Below, piece by piece: positions 37,847 to 47,810 of a stretch of 64,000 bases of DNA. Position 1 is the stretch's first letter, and every line of letters begins with the position of its first letter. This DNA is from a virus (lineage: Duplodnaviria; Caudoviricetes), in the IMG/VR virus record IMGVR_UViG_2519899649_000001, positions 1 to 64,000 of that record. One strand, 5' to 3'. Under the pieces are notes generated by a model that saw nothing but the letters and a program-made list of their open reading frames with translations, was not told the DNA's origin and ran no database searches. Both the position numbers and the translations under genes were made by a program.

Positions 37847-38293
37847 ATGTCTGAAACGGCGGCGCCAGCCTGCCCGGAAGACGTTATTGCTCATCGCCTC
37901 GCCGCCCAGTACTTCATGCTGAAGCGCGAGGCTGCGGCCCTGAAGAACCGCATGGATCTGGTGCGCGGCGACTTGGCCGGCATCATCTACAAGCACGGCG
38001 AACGAGATGACCGGGGGTCGGTGTATCTGCCCCTGAAGGATGCCATCGAAAACGGCGACAAGTCCATCACCTCGCTGAAGATGGAACGTCGTGTCTCCTC
38101 GCGCGTGAACGAGCAGATCGCCGAAGACATCCTGAAGGAAAAGGGCCTGTGGGGCGAGGCCGCCCAGGTCATCACCGTCATCAACCCAGAAGCAATCTTC
38201 GCGTTGTACGCCGAAGACAAGCTCACCGATGACGAGCTGGACAAGATCCTGGAGCAGTCCGAGTCCTTCGCATTGAAGGACGTGGCGGCATGA
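37847..38293 (+). CDS. Hypothetical protein (coiled coil)
   Basis: 148 aa, SD AAGGGG. Confidence 0.65.
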   Translation: MSETAAPACPEDVIAHRLAAQYFMLKREAAALKNRMDLVRGDLAGIIYKHGERDDRGSVYLPLKDAIENGDKSITSLKMERRVSSRVNEQIAEDILKEKGLWGEAAQVITVINPEAIFALYAEDKLTDDELDKILEQSESFALKDVAA

Positions 38294-38748
38294 CCGAGTA
38301 TTACCCGGGCTCTCGCACGCCGATCAACCGCAACGGCCGCCACCTTCGCCCGGCCACCTCCAACGCGGTCCCGGAAATCCCCGACCACATCCGCCCGCAG
38401 CCCTGGCGCTGCCAGGGCGAGGTGATCGACCTCTACACGGTCGGGCAGCTGGCCGACATCCTCGGGCGCAAAGCCGTCACCCTGCGCAAGTGGGAAGCCG
38501 AGGGTGTCATCCCGCCGACCCGGCTGCGCTCGCCGTCCCAGGACCCGCGCGCCCGCAAGCGGCTCTACACCCGCGAGCAGGTGCAGGGGATTCTGAAGAT
38601 CGCCCACGAGGAAGGCATCCTCAACTCCTCGCGCCGCCCCTTGGGCCAGACCCGCTTCAAGACCCGCGTCGCCGAGCTGTTCACCGGCCTGGAAGAGGCC
38701 GCCCGCGCCCGCGCCGCCCGCACCGACACCCACCAGGAGGCGGCGTAA
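38290..38748 (+). CDS. MerR-like HTH DNA-binding protein
   Basis: YTVGQLADILGRKAVTLRKWEAEGVIP...RLYT. Confidence 0.85.
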   Translation: MTEYYPGSRTPINRNGRHLRPATSNAVPEIPDHIRPQPWRCQGEVIDLYTVGQLADILGRKAVTLRKWEAEGVIPPTRLRSPSQDPRARKRLYTREQVQGILKIAHEEGILNSSRRPLGQTRFKTRVAELFTGLEEAARARAARTDTHQEAA

Positions 38749-39038
38749 TGCTGCACAGCGAACCCCACCCCAACGCAGGCCAGACCGTGACCATCGCCGC
38801 CACCGGCGACTCCTACGTCATCGAGGACTGGTGGGACCGCGTCGGCGGACAGTCCTGGATGTCCAGCGGAGGCACCATCGCCTGCCTGGACTACGCGATC
38901 CACTCCTTCAACGCGGGCCTGCCCTTGGACGACGAGGTGGTCTACGGCAAGACCGACGGCCTGGGCTACCTGCACCACGTCTCCGAACTCGACTTGGCCA
39001 CCAGCAACGACACCAGCCAGGGAGCCCAGGCCGCATGA
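38748..39038 (+). CDS. Hypothetical protein
   Basis: TAATG coupling; IEDWWDRV...DDEVVYGK...HVSEL. Confidence 0.65.
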   Translation: MLHSEPHPNAGQTVTIAATGDSYVIEDWWDRVGGQSWMSSGGTIACLDYAIHSFNAGLPLDDEVVYGKTDGLGYLHHVSELDLATSNDTSQGAQAA

Positions 39039-39295
39039 AGATCACCCGCAGCATCCGGCACCACATCGCCATGGGCAAGTACGAGTGGCTCGAAGTCGGC
39101 GCGGAGGTCGAGCTGACCAGCGACGACAACCACGAGCTGGCCCAGCGCCCCGAGGAGTTCTTCGACCAGCTCGGTGAGCTGCTGGAGAAGGCCACCTCCG
39201 TCGAGCTGATCGACGCCGCCGCCACCACCGGCGAGAGCGGCTCCTACGTCCTGCGCCACCCACTGGTCACCCAGAACACCCACGACGAAGAGTAA
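39035..39295 (+). CDS. Hypothetical protein
   Basis: ATGA coupling; MKITRSIRHHIAMGKYEW. Confidence 0.6.
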   Translation: MKITRSIRHHIAMGKYEWLEVGAEVELTSDDNHELAQRPEEFFDQLGELLEKATSVELIDAAATTGESGSYVLRHPLVTQNTHDEE

Positions 39296-39307
39296 GGACA
39301 CCCACCC

Positions 39308-40213
39308 GTGCCGCGCACCATCTCCCGTCGCCCTGCCGCGACGACCAACGCATCCACCGCTCGCGACCTGCCTGAGCCCACCGAGAACGACATCGAGGTC
39401 GACAACAAGCGCCGGGCACGCACCGCCGAGACCGCCGAGAAGATCGTCACCAGCCTGGACGAACGCCGTGCCCGCAAGGCGGCCGAGGCTGAGGAGATCA
39501 CCCGCGAGGAGATCGACGAGATCCAGGACCAGATCGCCGAGTCCAAGCGCAACCACCCCTCCAACGCCGCCCGCAAGGCGTTCGACCGTGGCGCCAGCGA
39601 GGGCAAGGCCCCGGCCACCTCGGGCACAGGCTGGGGGTCCTACAAGACCCTGCGTGCCGAGTCGGGCGGCTTCGCCTCCAACCTGAAGATCGAGGAGGAC
39701 ACCGACACCGTCATCAAGATCTTGGATGACGAGCCGGTCGCCGCCTACTACCAGCACTGGCTGGACCGCACCGAGGGCCAGCGCGGCTTCGTCTGCCTGC
39801 GCGAGAACTGCCCGCTGTGCGACGAGCTGGGCAACGACCCCAGATTGCAGGTCTCTTTCAACGTCGTCCTGATGAACGCCGACGGCGACTCTTCGGCCGA
39901 GCCCGAGCTGAAGGTTTGGACGGTCGGGCCGATGGTGGCGGACCTGCTGGTCGAGTTCGCCGCCAAGGACCGCACCAGCCCGATCAACCGCGACGACCTC
40001 TACTTCCTGGTCACCCGCACTGGCAGCGGCTTGAAGACCAAGTACCGGGTCGACGCGGTCAAGCTGCGCGATCTGGAGGAGGACCACGGCATCACGCCGC
40101 TCACCGACGCCGAGCTGAAGCAGTTCAAGGTCGAGCGGTGGAAGCACGACGACCTGGTGGAGCGCAAGACCCGCGCCGAGCTGCGCGAGGTCGTCGAAGC
40201 GGTCGCCGCCTGA
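39308..40213 (+). CDS. Single-stranded DNA-binding protein (gp32-like)
   Basis: YYQHWL...FVCLRENCPLCD Zn motif, SPINRDDLYFLVTRTG.G.KTKY; acidic. Confidence 0.7.
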   Translation: MPRTISRRPAATTNASTARDLPEPTENDIEVDNKRRARTAETAEKIVTSLDERRARKAAEAEEITREEIDEIQDQIAESKRNHPSNAARKAFDRGASEGKAPATSGTGWGSYKTLRAESGGFASNLKIEEDTDTVIKILDDEPVAAYYQHWLDRTEGQRGFVCLRENCPLCDELGNDPRLQVSFNVVLMNADGDSSAEPELKVWTVGPMVADLLVEFAAKDRTSPINRDDLYFLVTRTGSGLKTKYRVDAVKLRDLEEDHGITPLTDAELKQFKVERWKHDDLVERKTRAELREVVEAVAA

Positions 40214-40229
40214 CACCCACCCCGCGCCG

Positions 40230-40264
40230 GGGGCGTCGACTCCGGGAAGAGGAGTCGACGCCCC
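40230..40264 (+). terminator. Perfect 14-bp hairpin (probable terminator)
   Basis: GGGGCGTCGACTCC-gggaaga-GGAGTCGACGCCCC followed by TT, between SSB and polymerase. Confidence 0.7.
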
Positions 40265-40294
40265 TTGGCCCCGCCCTACCAGAAAGGACACGCA

Positions 40295-42229
40295 ATGCGG
40301 TTCACACGCCGAGTGGTCACCACCCCTGACCACCTCGCCCACGTGGCCGCCGTGCTGTCCACCCGCAACGCGTTCGCCTTCGACATCGAGGCGGCGGGAG
40401 CCCACCGCGGCGTCCCGGCCCGCTGCAATGTGACCTGGTTGTCGATCGCCACCGGCGGCGGCAACGCCTGGACCATCCCGATGGGGCACCCGATCGGGGA
40501 CACCGTCGTCGGCGAGCGCATCGTCCCCACCCCCGACAAGAACGGCAAGATGATCAACCGGCGTCATCCGGTCTGGGAGCAGCCCCCGGCCCAGCTGGAT
40601 CGCCGCCAAGTCTTCGACACCCTCGCCCCGATCTTCATGTCCGACCGGATCAAGGTCGCCCACTCCATGCCCACCGACGCGGTCGCGGTCTCCCAGCACC
40701 TGCCCGGCGGACAGATCCCCCCGCCCCCCTACTTCGACACCATCGTGGCCGGGTGGCTGCTCAACGAGAACGTGCAGAAGGGTCTCAAGCCGACCGTCAA
40801 GCGCCTGTACGGCCACGCCTACGACACCGAAGACGTCGGCAAGTGCGTGGAGAAGCACCCCTTCTCCAAGGTCACGACCTACTCCTACCTGGACTCCCAC
40901 TACACCTGGCTTCTGTACCGGCGCTACCGCCGCATGATCGCCGAGCGCGACCTGACCGGCGTGATGGACCTGGAGATGGGTGTGCTGGAGCAGCTGCTGC
41001 CGGCGTTCAAGGCGGGCACCATGCTGGACGCCGACGCGCTGAGCAAGCTCAAGGTCGAGCTGACCGACGAGACCGCGCGCCGCCTGGCCGCCTGCCACAC
41101 CGTCGCCGGTCGCGAGTTCAACGTCGCCTCCACCCAACAAAAGCAACGCCTGCTGTTCGCACCCAAGTCCGAGGGCGGCCGGGGCCTGAAGGTTCTCCAG
41201 CTCACCGACACCGGGCAGCCCTCCACCAGCGCCGAAGCCCTGGAGCCTCACCGCGGCGACGCCGTGGTGGACGCGCTGCTGGACTACGCCGAGACCAGCA
41301 AGCTGCTGTCGACATATGTGGACGGCTACCTGGGCGACCCGGAAAAGGACCGCGAGCCCATCGTGTTCGACGACCAGGTCCCTGGCCGCCTCACCGTGCA
41401 CACCAACCTGTGCCAGTACGGGACCGTCACCGGAAGGTTCTCCTCCTTCCAGCCCAACCTCCAGAACATCCCCAGGCCGGACACCGTGTGGGGCAAGCCG
41501 ATCCGGTCGCTGTTCGTCGCGCCGCCCGTCCACAAGCTGGTGGTCGCCGACTACGGCCAGGTCGAACTGGTGATCTTGGCCCACTACCTGGGCGAGGGCG
41601 CCCTGTACGAGGGCATCCTGCGCGGCATCGACCCCCACACCGCCACCGCCGCCACGGTCTTCGGCGTCACCCCCCTCCAGGTCACCAAAGCCCAGAGGCA
41701 GTGCGCCAAGGGATTGAACTTCGCCGTGGTCTACGGGGCCGGACCCGGGAAGGTCGCGCAGATGGCGGGCATCACCGTCGCCGAGGCCAAGAAGTTCATG
41801 CGCAAGCACGAGCAGCTGTTCCCCGAGATCTACCGGTTCAAAAAGCGCGTGATCGCCGAGGCCCGCCGCCGCAAGCCCCCGCACGTGCGCACGCTGCTGG
41901 GCCGCTACCGGCGCGTGCCCGAGCTGTGCGCCCGCGAGGACGGCATCAGGAAGAAGGCCGAACGGCAGATCTTCAACAGCTTGATCCAAGGCAGCGGCGC
42001 GGACCTGATGAAGCTGGCGATCACCCGGCTTCCCGATGCGCTTCCGGCCGGGGCGCGCATGGCGCTGACGATCCACGACGAGCTGGTGTGCGTGGCTCCC
42101 GAGGAGATCGCCGAGCAGTGCGCCAAGGGCTTGGAGCAGGCGATGGTCGGACCCGGCATCGCCGACCTTTTGAAGGTCCCGCTCACCACCGACGTCAAGA
42201 TCGTCGACTGCTGGGCGGAGGCCAAGTGA
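40295..42229 (+). CDS. polA: DNA polymerase, family A (3'-5' exonuclease + polymerase)
   Basis: AFDIE Exo I, YSYLDS Exo III, TVTGRFSSFQPNLQNIP, ADYGQVELVILAH (motif A), AKGLNFAVVYG (B), TIHDEL (C). Confidence 0.95.
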   Translation: MRFTRRVVTTPDHLAHVAAVLSTRNAFAFDIEAAGAHRGVPARCNVTWLSIATGGGNAWTIPMGHPIGDTVVGERIVPTPDKNGKMINRRHPVWEQPPAQLDRRQVFDTLAPIFMSDRIKVAHSMPTDAVAVSQHLPGGQIPPPPYFDTIVAGWLLNENVQKGLKPTVKRLYGHAYDTEDVGKCVEKHPFSKVTTYSYLDSHYTWLLYRRYRRMIAERDLTGVMDLEMGVLEQLLPAFKAGTMLDADALSKLKVELTDETARRLAACHTVAGREFNVASTQQKQRLLFAPKSEGGRGLKVLQLTDTGQPSTSAEALEPHRGDAVVDALLDYAETSKLLSTYVDGYLGDPEKDREPIVFDDQVPGRLTVHTNLCQYGTVTGRFSSFQPNLQNIPRPDTVWGKPIRSLFVAPPVHKLVVADYGQVELVILAHYLGEGALYEGILRGIDPHTATAATVFGVTPLQVTKAQRQCAKGLNFAVVYGAGPGKVAQMAGITVAEAKKFMRKHEQLFPEIYRFKKRVIAEARRRKPPHVRTLLGRYRRVPELCAREDGIRKKAERQIFNSLIQGSGADLMKLAITRLPDALPAGARMALTIHDELVCVAPEEIAEQCAKGLEQAMVGPGIADLLKVPLTTDVKIVDCWAEAK

Positions 42230-42723
42230 TGCAGACGCCCGCGCAGCAGCACGCCGACTGGAACCGCTTCTGGGCGCTGGTCGACAAGGACCCTGACCAC
42301 CCCGACGGCTGCTGGGAGTGGATGGGAAACGTCAACCGCGACGGCTACGGCGAATTCTCCTTGCAGTACCGCAACACCGGGTCGGGCTGGCGGTCCACGA
42401 ACGTCCGGGCCCACCGCCAGGCGTACGAGTGGCTGGTCGGACCGATCCCGCCGGAGATGACGATCGAGCACGAGTGCGTCAACCGCACCTGTGTTCGCCC
42501 GGCGGTCGGTCACTGCATCGTGCTCAGCCGGGGGGAGAACGCGTTGCGCGGCACTGGCCCGGCCGCGCAGAACAAGCGCAAGACCCACTGCATTCGCGGT
42601 CACGAGCTTGCCGGCGACAACCTCACCACTCGCGCTGGGCGTCGCGAATGCCGCACCTGCACCAACGCCGCGCGCCGTGCCCGCCGCGCCGAGACGAAGG
42701 GTGCCGATGATGCTGCCGCCTGA
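42229..42723 (+). CDS. Free-standing HNH homing endonuclease
   Basis: CWEWMG...GYG...RAHRQAYEWLVGPIP...IEHECVNRTCVRP..H and C-terminal KTHCIRGH...CRTC. Confidence 0.85.
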   Translation: MQTPAQQHADWNRFWALVDKDPDHPDGCWEWMGNVNRDGYGEFSLQYRNTGSGWRSTNVRAHRQAYEWLVGPIPPEMTIEHECVNRTCVRPAVGHCIVLSRGENALRGTGPAAQNKRKTHCIRGHELAGDNLTTRAGRRECRTCTNAARRARRAETKGADDAAA

Positions 42724-43066
42724 GATGACACTGCCGATCACCCGCCAGCTGGCCTGGGACACCCTGCCGTGCGACCAGGTCGAGCGAGTGCTGGCCAGCA
42801 TCGGGCTGGTCCCGCCCGGCCCCGAGGTGTCCGAAGCCGAGCACTACGCCTCCCACCAGCGCCTGGCCGCCACCGCGCCGGTCGAGCCCGTCATCGCGCG
42901 TTACGCCCCGCAGTTGGCCCGCCTGATCGTCACCGCCTCCCTGGTCGAGGGAGTGGAGACCGAGCCCGAGGTCGCCGAAGCGCTGGTCGCCCAGTATGCC
43001 GCGCTGATCGCCGCCACCACCAAAACGATCGTCGCGCACCTGATCGACGAAGGCCACTTGGGTTAG
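42707..43066 (+). CDS. Hypothetical protein
   Basis: GLVPPGPEVSEAEHYASHQRL motif; overlaps the HNH stop. Confidence 0.6.
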   Translation: MMLPPEMTLPITRQLAWDTLPCDQVERVLASIGLVPPGPEVSEAEHYASHQRLAATAPVEPVIARYAPQLARLIVTASLVEGVETEPEVAEALVAQYAALIAATTKTIVAHLIDEGHLG

Positions 43067-43077
43067 AGGAGCAACAG

Positions 43078-43491
43078 ATGTCTGGATTCTGGGACAACAA
43101 ACTCGGCAACCCCCGCCCGGCGCCCCCGGCCGCGCCGGTGCAGCAGACTCCGGCCGGTCAGCAGCTTCCGTGGTGGGCCTACCCCTCTACCCCGCACACC
43201 CCGCAGCCGCTCGCCTCGCAGGACGAGCAGAGCCATGCCCAGGTCGCCGCCAGCAAGGCCGCCTCCGCCCGGCAGAACCTGCGCTGCCCCGACTGCCACT
43301 CGGGCAACTACTTCACCGTCGCCGGCCTGGGCGGCGGCGCCCGCTGCTTCGACTGCGGCTACCCGGTGCGCCACTCCACCTCCGGTGCCTCCCTGCCCTC
43401 CCACCTGACCTCCGAGCAGCCCACCCGGGCGGCCCGGCAACTGCCGACCGAGGGCTTCCAGCCCACCAAGGTCGTCGACCGCATCGCATAA
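43078..43491 (+). CDS. Zn-ribbon hypothetical protein
   Basis: CPDCHSGNY...RCFDCGYP; SD GAGGAG. Confidence 0.65.
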   Translation: MSGFWDNKLGNPRPAPPAAPVQQTPAGQQLPWWAYPSTPHTPQPLASQDEQSHAQVAASKAASARQNLRCPDCHSGNYFTVAGLGGGARCFDCGYPVRHSTSGASLPSHLTSEQPTRAARQLPTEGFQPTKVVDRIA

Positions 43492-43503
43492 CCAGGGGGC
43501 ACC

Positions 43504-45129
43504 ATGACCACCACTGTTGTCGCCGACGGCCAGATGAGCCGCTTCGCCGCCGACATCTACCGCGTCCGCTACGCCCAGGACGGCGAGACCTGGCCCGATA
43601 CCGTCCGCCGCGTCGTCGACACCGTGATGCGCCCGTTGCTGCCCGACCTGGCCGACCAGGCGGCCGAGTTCATGGGAGCCCGCAAGTTCATCCCCGGCGG
43701 CCGGTACTTGTACGCCGCAGGTCGCAAGGTCAACCAGGTCAACAACTGTTTCCTGGTCCGCGCCGCCGACTCCCGGGAAGGGTGGGCGGACCTGACCCGC
43801 AAGGCGGTGCTCACCCTGGGTACCGGCGGCGGGTTGGGCGTGGTCTACTCCGACATCCGCCCGGCGGGCGCGCGGGTGAAGGGGACCGGTGGGCTGGCGA
43901 CCGGGCCCATCTCCCTCATGAAGATGATCAACGACACCGGGCGGTACATCCGCGGCGGCGGGTCGCGCAGGTCGGCACTGTGGGCTGGCTTGCACTGGGA
44001 TCACGACGACATCGAGGAATTCATCACCGCCAAGCAGTGGAACTCCCTGGAGAAGCAGGCCGCCTCCCAGGGCATGGGCGCCCCGCTCGACCAGACCAAC
44101 ATCTCGGTGATCTTGGACAACGCGTTCTTCGCCGCCTACCACAACGCCGACGACGACTCCCACGAGAAGGCCCACCGCATCTACGAGACCGCCGTGGAGC
44201 AGATGCTGCTGACCGGCGAACCGGGCTTGAGCATCGACTGCGGCGAACACGAAGGCGAGAACCTGCGCAACCCCTGCTGCGAGGTCACCTCCCACGACTC
44301 CGATGACGTTTGCAACCTCGGGTCGATCAACCTGCCGCGCATCAAGGACCTGGACGAACTGGAACGCGTCGTCGAGGTCGCCACCGCATTCCTTCTGTGC
44401 GGCACTATCTACTCGGCGCTCCCGTACCCCGAGGTCGAGGACGTGCGCGAGCGCAACCGCCGGATCGGCCTGGGGCTGATGGGCATCCACGAGTGGCTGA
44501 TCCGCCGCGGCAAGCGGTACGCCCCAGACGTCGAGCTGGCCCGCTGGCTGGACGTGTATGCCGGAGTCTCGGATTCCGCCGCGATCAAGTACGCCGACCG
44601 GCTGAAGGTGTCGCGCCCGGTGGCCAAGCGCGCCATCGCCCCCACCGGGACGATCGCGATCCTGGGGGAGACCTCCTCGGGCATCGAGCCGCTGTACAGC
44701 CTGGCCTACAAGCGCCGCTACTTCGCCGACGGCCAGCCCCGCTACCAGTACGTGGTGGACGAGGCCGCGCGCCGCCTGATCGCCGCGGGCATCAACCCCG
44801 AGGACATCGAGACCGCCGTCGATCTGGCCGCCGTCCCCGAACGCCGGATCGGGATGCAGGCGTGGCTCCAGACCTGGATCGACATGGGGATCAGCAGCAC
44901 CCTCAACTTGCCCGCGTTCGGCGGCCAGGCCATGGGGCCTGCTGAGTTCGGCGACATGCTCGCCAAATACCTGCCGCTGTTGCGCGGGCTGACGGTCTTC
45001 CCTGACGGTGCGCGAGGCCGACAGCCTCTGACCGCCGTCCCCTATAGCGAGGCCGTGGGCCGCGAGGGCGTGGAGTACTTCGAGGAGTCGGCCGAACGCT
45101 CCTGCTCGACCGGTGTGTGCGGCATCTGA
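43504..45129 (+). CDS. nrdJ: Class II (B12-dependent) ribonucleotide reductase
   Basis: FIPGGR, NNCF, NPCCE, CNLGSINL, IAPTGTI..TSSGIEP, C-terminal CSTGVCGI; no NrdB partner seen. Confidence 0.85.
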   Translation: MTTTVVADGQMSRFAADIYRVRYAQDGETWPDTVRRVVDTVMRPLLPDLADQAAEFMGARKFIPGGRYLYAAGRKVNQVNNCFLVRAADSREGWADLTRKAVLTLGTGGGLGVVYSDIRPAGARVKGTGGLATGPISLMKMINDTGRYIRGGGSRRSALWAGLHWDHDDIEEFITAKQWNSLEKQAASQGMGAPLDQTNISVILDNAFFAAYHNADDDSHEKAHRIYETAVEQMLLTGEPGLSIDCGEHEGENLRNPCCEVTSHDSDDVCNLGSINLPRIKDLDELERVVEVATAFLLCGTIYSALPYPEVEDVRERNRRIGLGLMGIHEWLIRRGKRYAPDVELARWLDVYAGVSDSAAIKYADRLKVSRPVAKRAIAPTGTIAILGETSSGIEPLYSLAYKRRYFADGQPRYQYVVDEAARRLIAAGINPEDIETAVDLAAVPERRIGMQAWLQTWIDMGISSTLNLPAFGGQAMGPAEFGDMLAKYLPLLRGLTVFPDGARGRQPLTAVPYSEAVGREGVEYFEESAERSCSTGVCGI

Positions 45130-45156
45130 CCAGCTCGACGATTCGGGGGGATCGAC

Positions 45157-46251
45157 ATGCCTGTCAACGAACAAGCTCTCGCCTTGGCCGCGAGCATCAA
45201 CAAGAAAGCCGGAGACAACGCGGTCGTGTTGGCCAGTGAGATCGTGCCGCCGCCGCGGTTCACTTCCGGAAGCCTGGCCCTGGACCTGACGCTCGGGGGA
45301 GGGTTCCCCGGCAACCAGTGGACCGAGGTCATCGGGCGAGAGTCCCACGGCAAGACCGCGATCGTGCAGAAGACGATCGCCGCCAATCAGCGCCGTGACC
45401 CTGACTTTGTCACCGTGTGGGTCGCGGCCGAGCACTTCGACTCGGAGCAGGCTCAGCGCCTGGGCATCGACCTGGACCGCGTCATCGTGGTCCCGACCCA
45501 GGACATGGAGTACGCCTACGACACCATGCTCAAGTTCGCCGAGTCCCGTTCGGTGGACGCCATCGTGCTCGACTCCTACCCCGCGCTGATCGCTGGGGAA
45601 GAGGCCAACAAGAGCATGGAGGATTTGGTCGTCGCGCTGGGCGCCCGGCTGACGGGGAAGTTTTGCCGCAAGGCGGGCCGCGCCTCCAAGCGCGCGATGA
45701 ACGGCGAAGAGAAGCCCCTGCTGGGCATCATCATCAACCAATACAGGGAGAAGATCGGCGGGTTTTCACCGCACGGCCCCGCATTGACCACGCCCGGCGG
45801 AAATGCGAAGAATTATTTCTACTGGACGCGCCTGGAAGTCCGGCGTGATGAATGGATCGACGAGGCCCGTCCCGGAAAGGGCACCATTCGGGTCGGTCAG
45901 ACGATCAAGGCCAAAACCATCAAGAACAAGGGCGCCAGCCCGCACCAGATCGCGACCCTGACGTACTTCTTCCGCGACGCTCCCGTGCTGGGTTTCGCCG
46001 CCGGGGATTATGACACCGTCAAAGAGATCGTCGCGATGGGCATCCTGTTCGACGTCATCACCGGCGCGGGCGGATGGTTCTCGGCCGAGGGGCACCGCTG
46101 GCACGGCAAGGAAGCCATGGCCACCGCGCTGCGCAGCGAACCCGAGCTTCAGCAGCTGCTGACCGACGCCATCCTGGCCCGCGCCGCCGCACAGTCCTTC
46201 CGGGCGGCCGGGCGCGAGGCTGCCGAAGTCGAGCACCTGGCGGCGGCCTGA
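45157..46251 (+). CDS. recA: RecA/UvsX-like recombinase
   Basis: TSGSLALDLTLGGG, GRESHGKT, VWVAAEH, IVLDS, INQYREKIG, TPGG. Confidence 0.92.
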   Translation: MPVNEQALALAASINKKAGDNAVVLASEIVPPPRFTSGSLALDLTLGGGFPGNQWTEVIGRESHGKTAIVQKTIAANQRRDPDFVTVWVAAEHFDSEQAQRLGIDLDRVIVVPTQDMEYAYDTMLKFAESRSVDAIVLDSYPALIAGEEANKSMEDLVVALGARLTGKFCRKAGRASKRAMNGEEKPLLGIIINQYREKIGGFSPHGPALTTPGGNAKNYFYWTRLEVRRDEWIDEARPGKGTIRVGQTIKAKTIKNKGASPHQIATLTYFFRDAPVLGFAAGDYDTVKEIVAMGILFDVITGAGGWFSAEGHRWHGKEAMATALRSEPELQQLLTDAILARAAAQSFRAAGREAAEVEHLAAA

Positions 46252-46252
46252 C

Positions 46253-46588
46253 ATGTGGGTCTCGACCGAACACACGCTGGTGGTGCCGCGCTTCAACCTG
46301 CCGTTCCGGGTGGTCGACGCGCGGCACCCCCGCGACTGCCCTCAGCGCGGGCACCGCGCCCCCGTCTGGACCGACGACGGCGACTACGCCTGCCATGTCC
46401 AGAACGTGTTGGACATGCACGGCACCGACGACTTCTACCGCCGCGGCGAGCAGCCGCCGTTCGCCTGGTCGCAGCTGGTACGGCCCGGCAAGCACCCGGT
46501 GGCCGCGTGGTGGGACGAGCACACCTACCGCTTCTCGCTGCGCCTGCTCGATGTGGGCGACGACATCGACGAGGACAGCTACACATGA
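46253..46588 (+). CDS. Hypothetical protein
   Basis: 111 aa ORF coupled to the next gene. Confidence 0.55.
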   Translation: MWVSTEHTLVVPRFNLPFRVVDARHPRDCPQRGHRAPVWTDDGDYACHVQNVLDMHGTDDFYRRGEQPPFAWSQLVRPGKHPVAAWWDEHTYRFSLRLLDVGDDIDEDSYT

Positions 46589-47514
46589 GCATCCACGACA
46601 AGATCGCCCAGTCCCACGAAATTCTGGACCGGGCCATCGCCGACATCGGAGCTGACGGCAAGAGCCTCCAGGGCATCCTGTGCCTCTACTCCGGCGGCAA
46701 CGACTCCACCGTGTTGACGCACCTGATGCGCAAGCGCGCCACCCACGTGGTGCACATCAACACCGGCATCGGCGTGGAGGAGACCCGCGAGTTCGTCCGC
46801 GCGACGACCTTCAGCTACCGGCTGCCACTGATTGAGGAGCACCCCGACGACTCCTACGACGACCTGGTCCTGGGAAATGTGCACGCCAAGATGGGCAAGC
46901 ATGCCGGGGAGGCCGTCTGGCGCGGCTTCCCGGGGCCCGCAGGCCACCAGTTCATGTACACCCGCCTCAAAGAGCGCGCCCTGCGCAAGGTCCGCCGCCG
47001 CTTCATCGACCAGCCCAGAAGGCAGCGCCTGATCTTCCTGGCGGGGATGCGGCTGGACGAGTCCGAGCGCCGGATGCGCAACGCGAACGAGATCGACCGC
47101 GAGGGCTCGGTGGTGTGGGTCAGCCCGATCGTGCACTGGACCGACGCCGACATGAACGCCTACCGCAAGCACTTCGCCGATGCCGGCGACCCCGTTCCCC
47201 GCAACGAGGTGTCCGACCTGCTGCACATGAGCGGGGAGTGCTTGTGCGGGAGCTTCGCCCGGCCCGGCGAGCTGGACGAGATCGACATGTGGTTCCCCGA
47301 GACAGCCGACCGCATCCGGGACCTGGAGCGCCGCGCCAAGGAGGCGGGCATCGTCGCCTGCAAGTGGGGCGAGCGCCCGCCCAAGAAGAGCGCCCCGGCC
47401 GCCGGTCGCCTGTGCAGCAGCTGCACCGTCCCCGACGAAGACCACGAGGCCGATGTCATCGCCATGTGCGCTGACCCTGCCTACACCCGCGCGCCCGAGC
47501 AGGAGGCGGCATGA
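46585..47514 (+). CDS. Phosphoadenosine phosphosulfate reductase-family (PP-loop) protein
   Basis: YSGGNDS PP-loop, INTGIG, LKERAL, GMRLDESERR, SPIVHWT, SGECLCGSF. Confidence 0.85.
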   Translation: MSIHDKIAQSHEILDRAIADIGADGKSLQGILCLYSGGNDSTVLTHLMRKRATHVVHINTGIGVEETREFVRATTFSYRLPLIEEHPDDSYDDLVLGNVHAKMGKHAGEAVWRGFPGPAGHQFMYTRLKERALRKVRRRFIDQPRRQRLIFLAGMRLDESERRMRNANEIDREGSVVWVSPIVHWTDADMNAYRKHFADAGDPVPRNEVSDLLHMSGECLCGSFARPGELDEIDMWFPETADRIRDLERRAKEAGIVACKWGERPPKKSAPAAGRLCSSCTVPDEDHEADVIAMCADPAYTRAPEQEAA

Positions 47515-47810
47515 ACTGGCAGACGGGTGAGGAGCCAAGCAGGCAGGACGACCGCCCGTACCCGATGCTGGATCGCTACCACGATCACCGCGAGCAGTGG
47601 ATGGCCGTCGAAGAGTTCCTTGACTGGGTCGAGGACGAGAAGGGCCTGAAGCTGTGTGACTGGCAGATTCCGTTGCTGGCTGAGTGGCTGGGCATCGACC
47701 TGGACCAGTTGGAGATCGAGCGCAACCAGATGTTCGCCGACTTCCAGGCGGCGTACGAGCTGACGCAGCAGCGGATCCAGCACCAGCTCCAGCAGCGGGC
47801 GGGCCAATGA
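47511..47810 (+). CDS. Hypothetical protein
   Basis: EEFLDWV...LAEWLGIDLDQLEIER motif. Confidence 0.6.
   Translation: MNWQTGEEPSRQDDRPYPMLDRYHDHREQWMAVEEFLDWVEDEKGLKLCDWQIPLLAEWLGIDLDQLEIERNQMFADFQAAYELTQQRIQHQLQQRAGQ

Noticed and set aside
38966-45741. Very long minus-strand ORFs (38966-42076, 1036 aa; 43063-45741, 892 aa) and many similar ones
   Set aside because: Antisense shadows of high-GC3 genes (polA, nrdJ, recA); no motifs, and they mirror plus-strand codon bias
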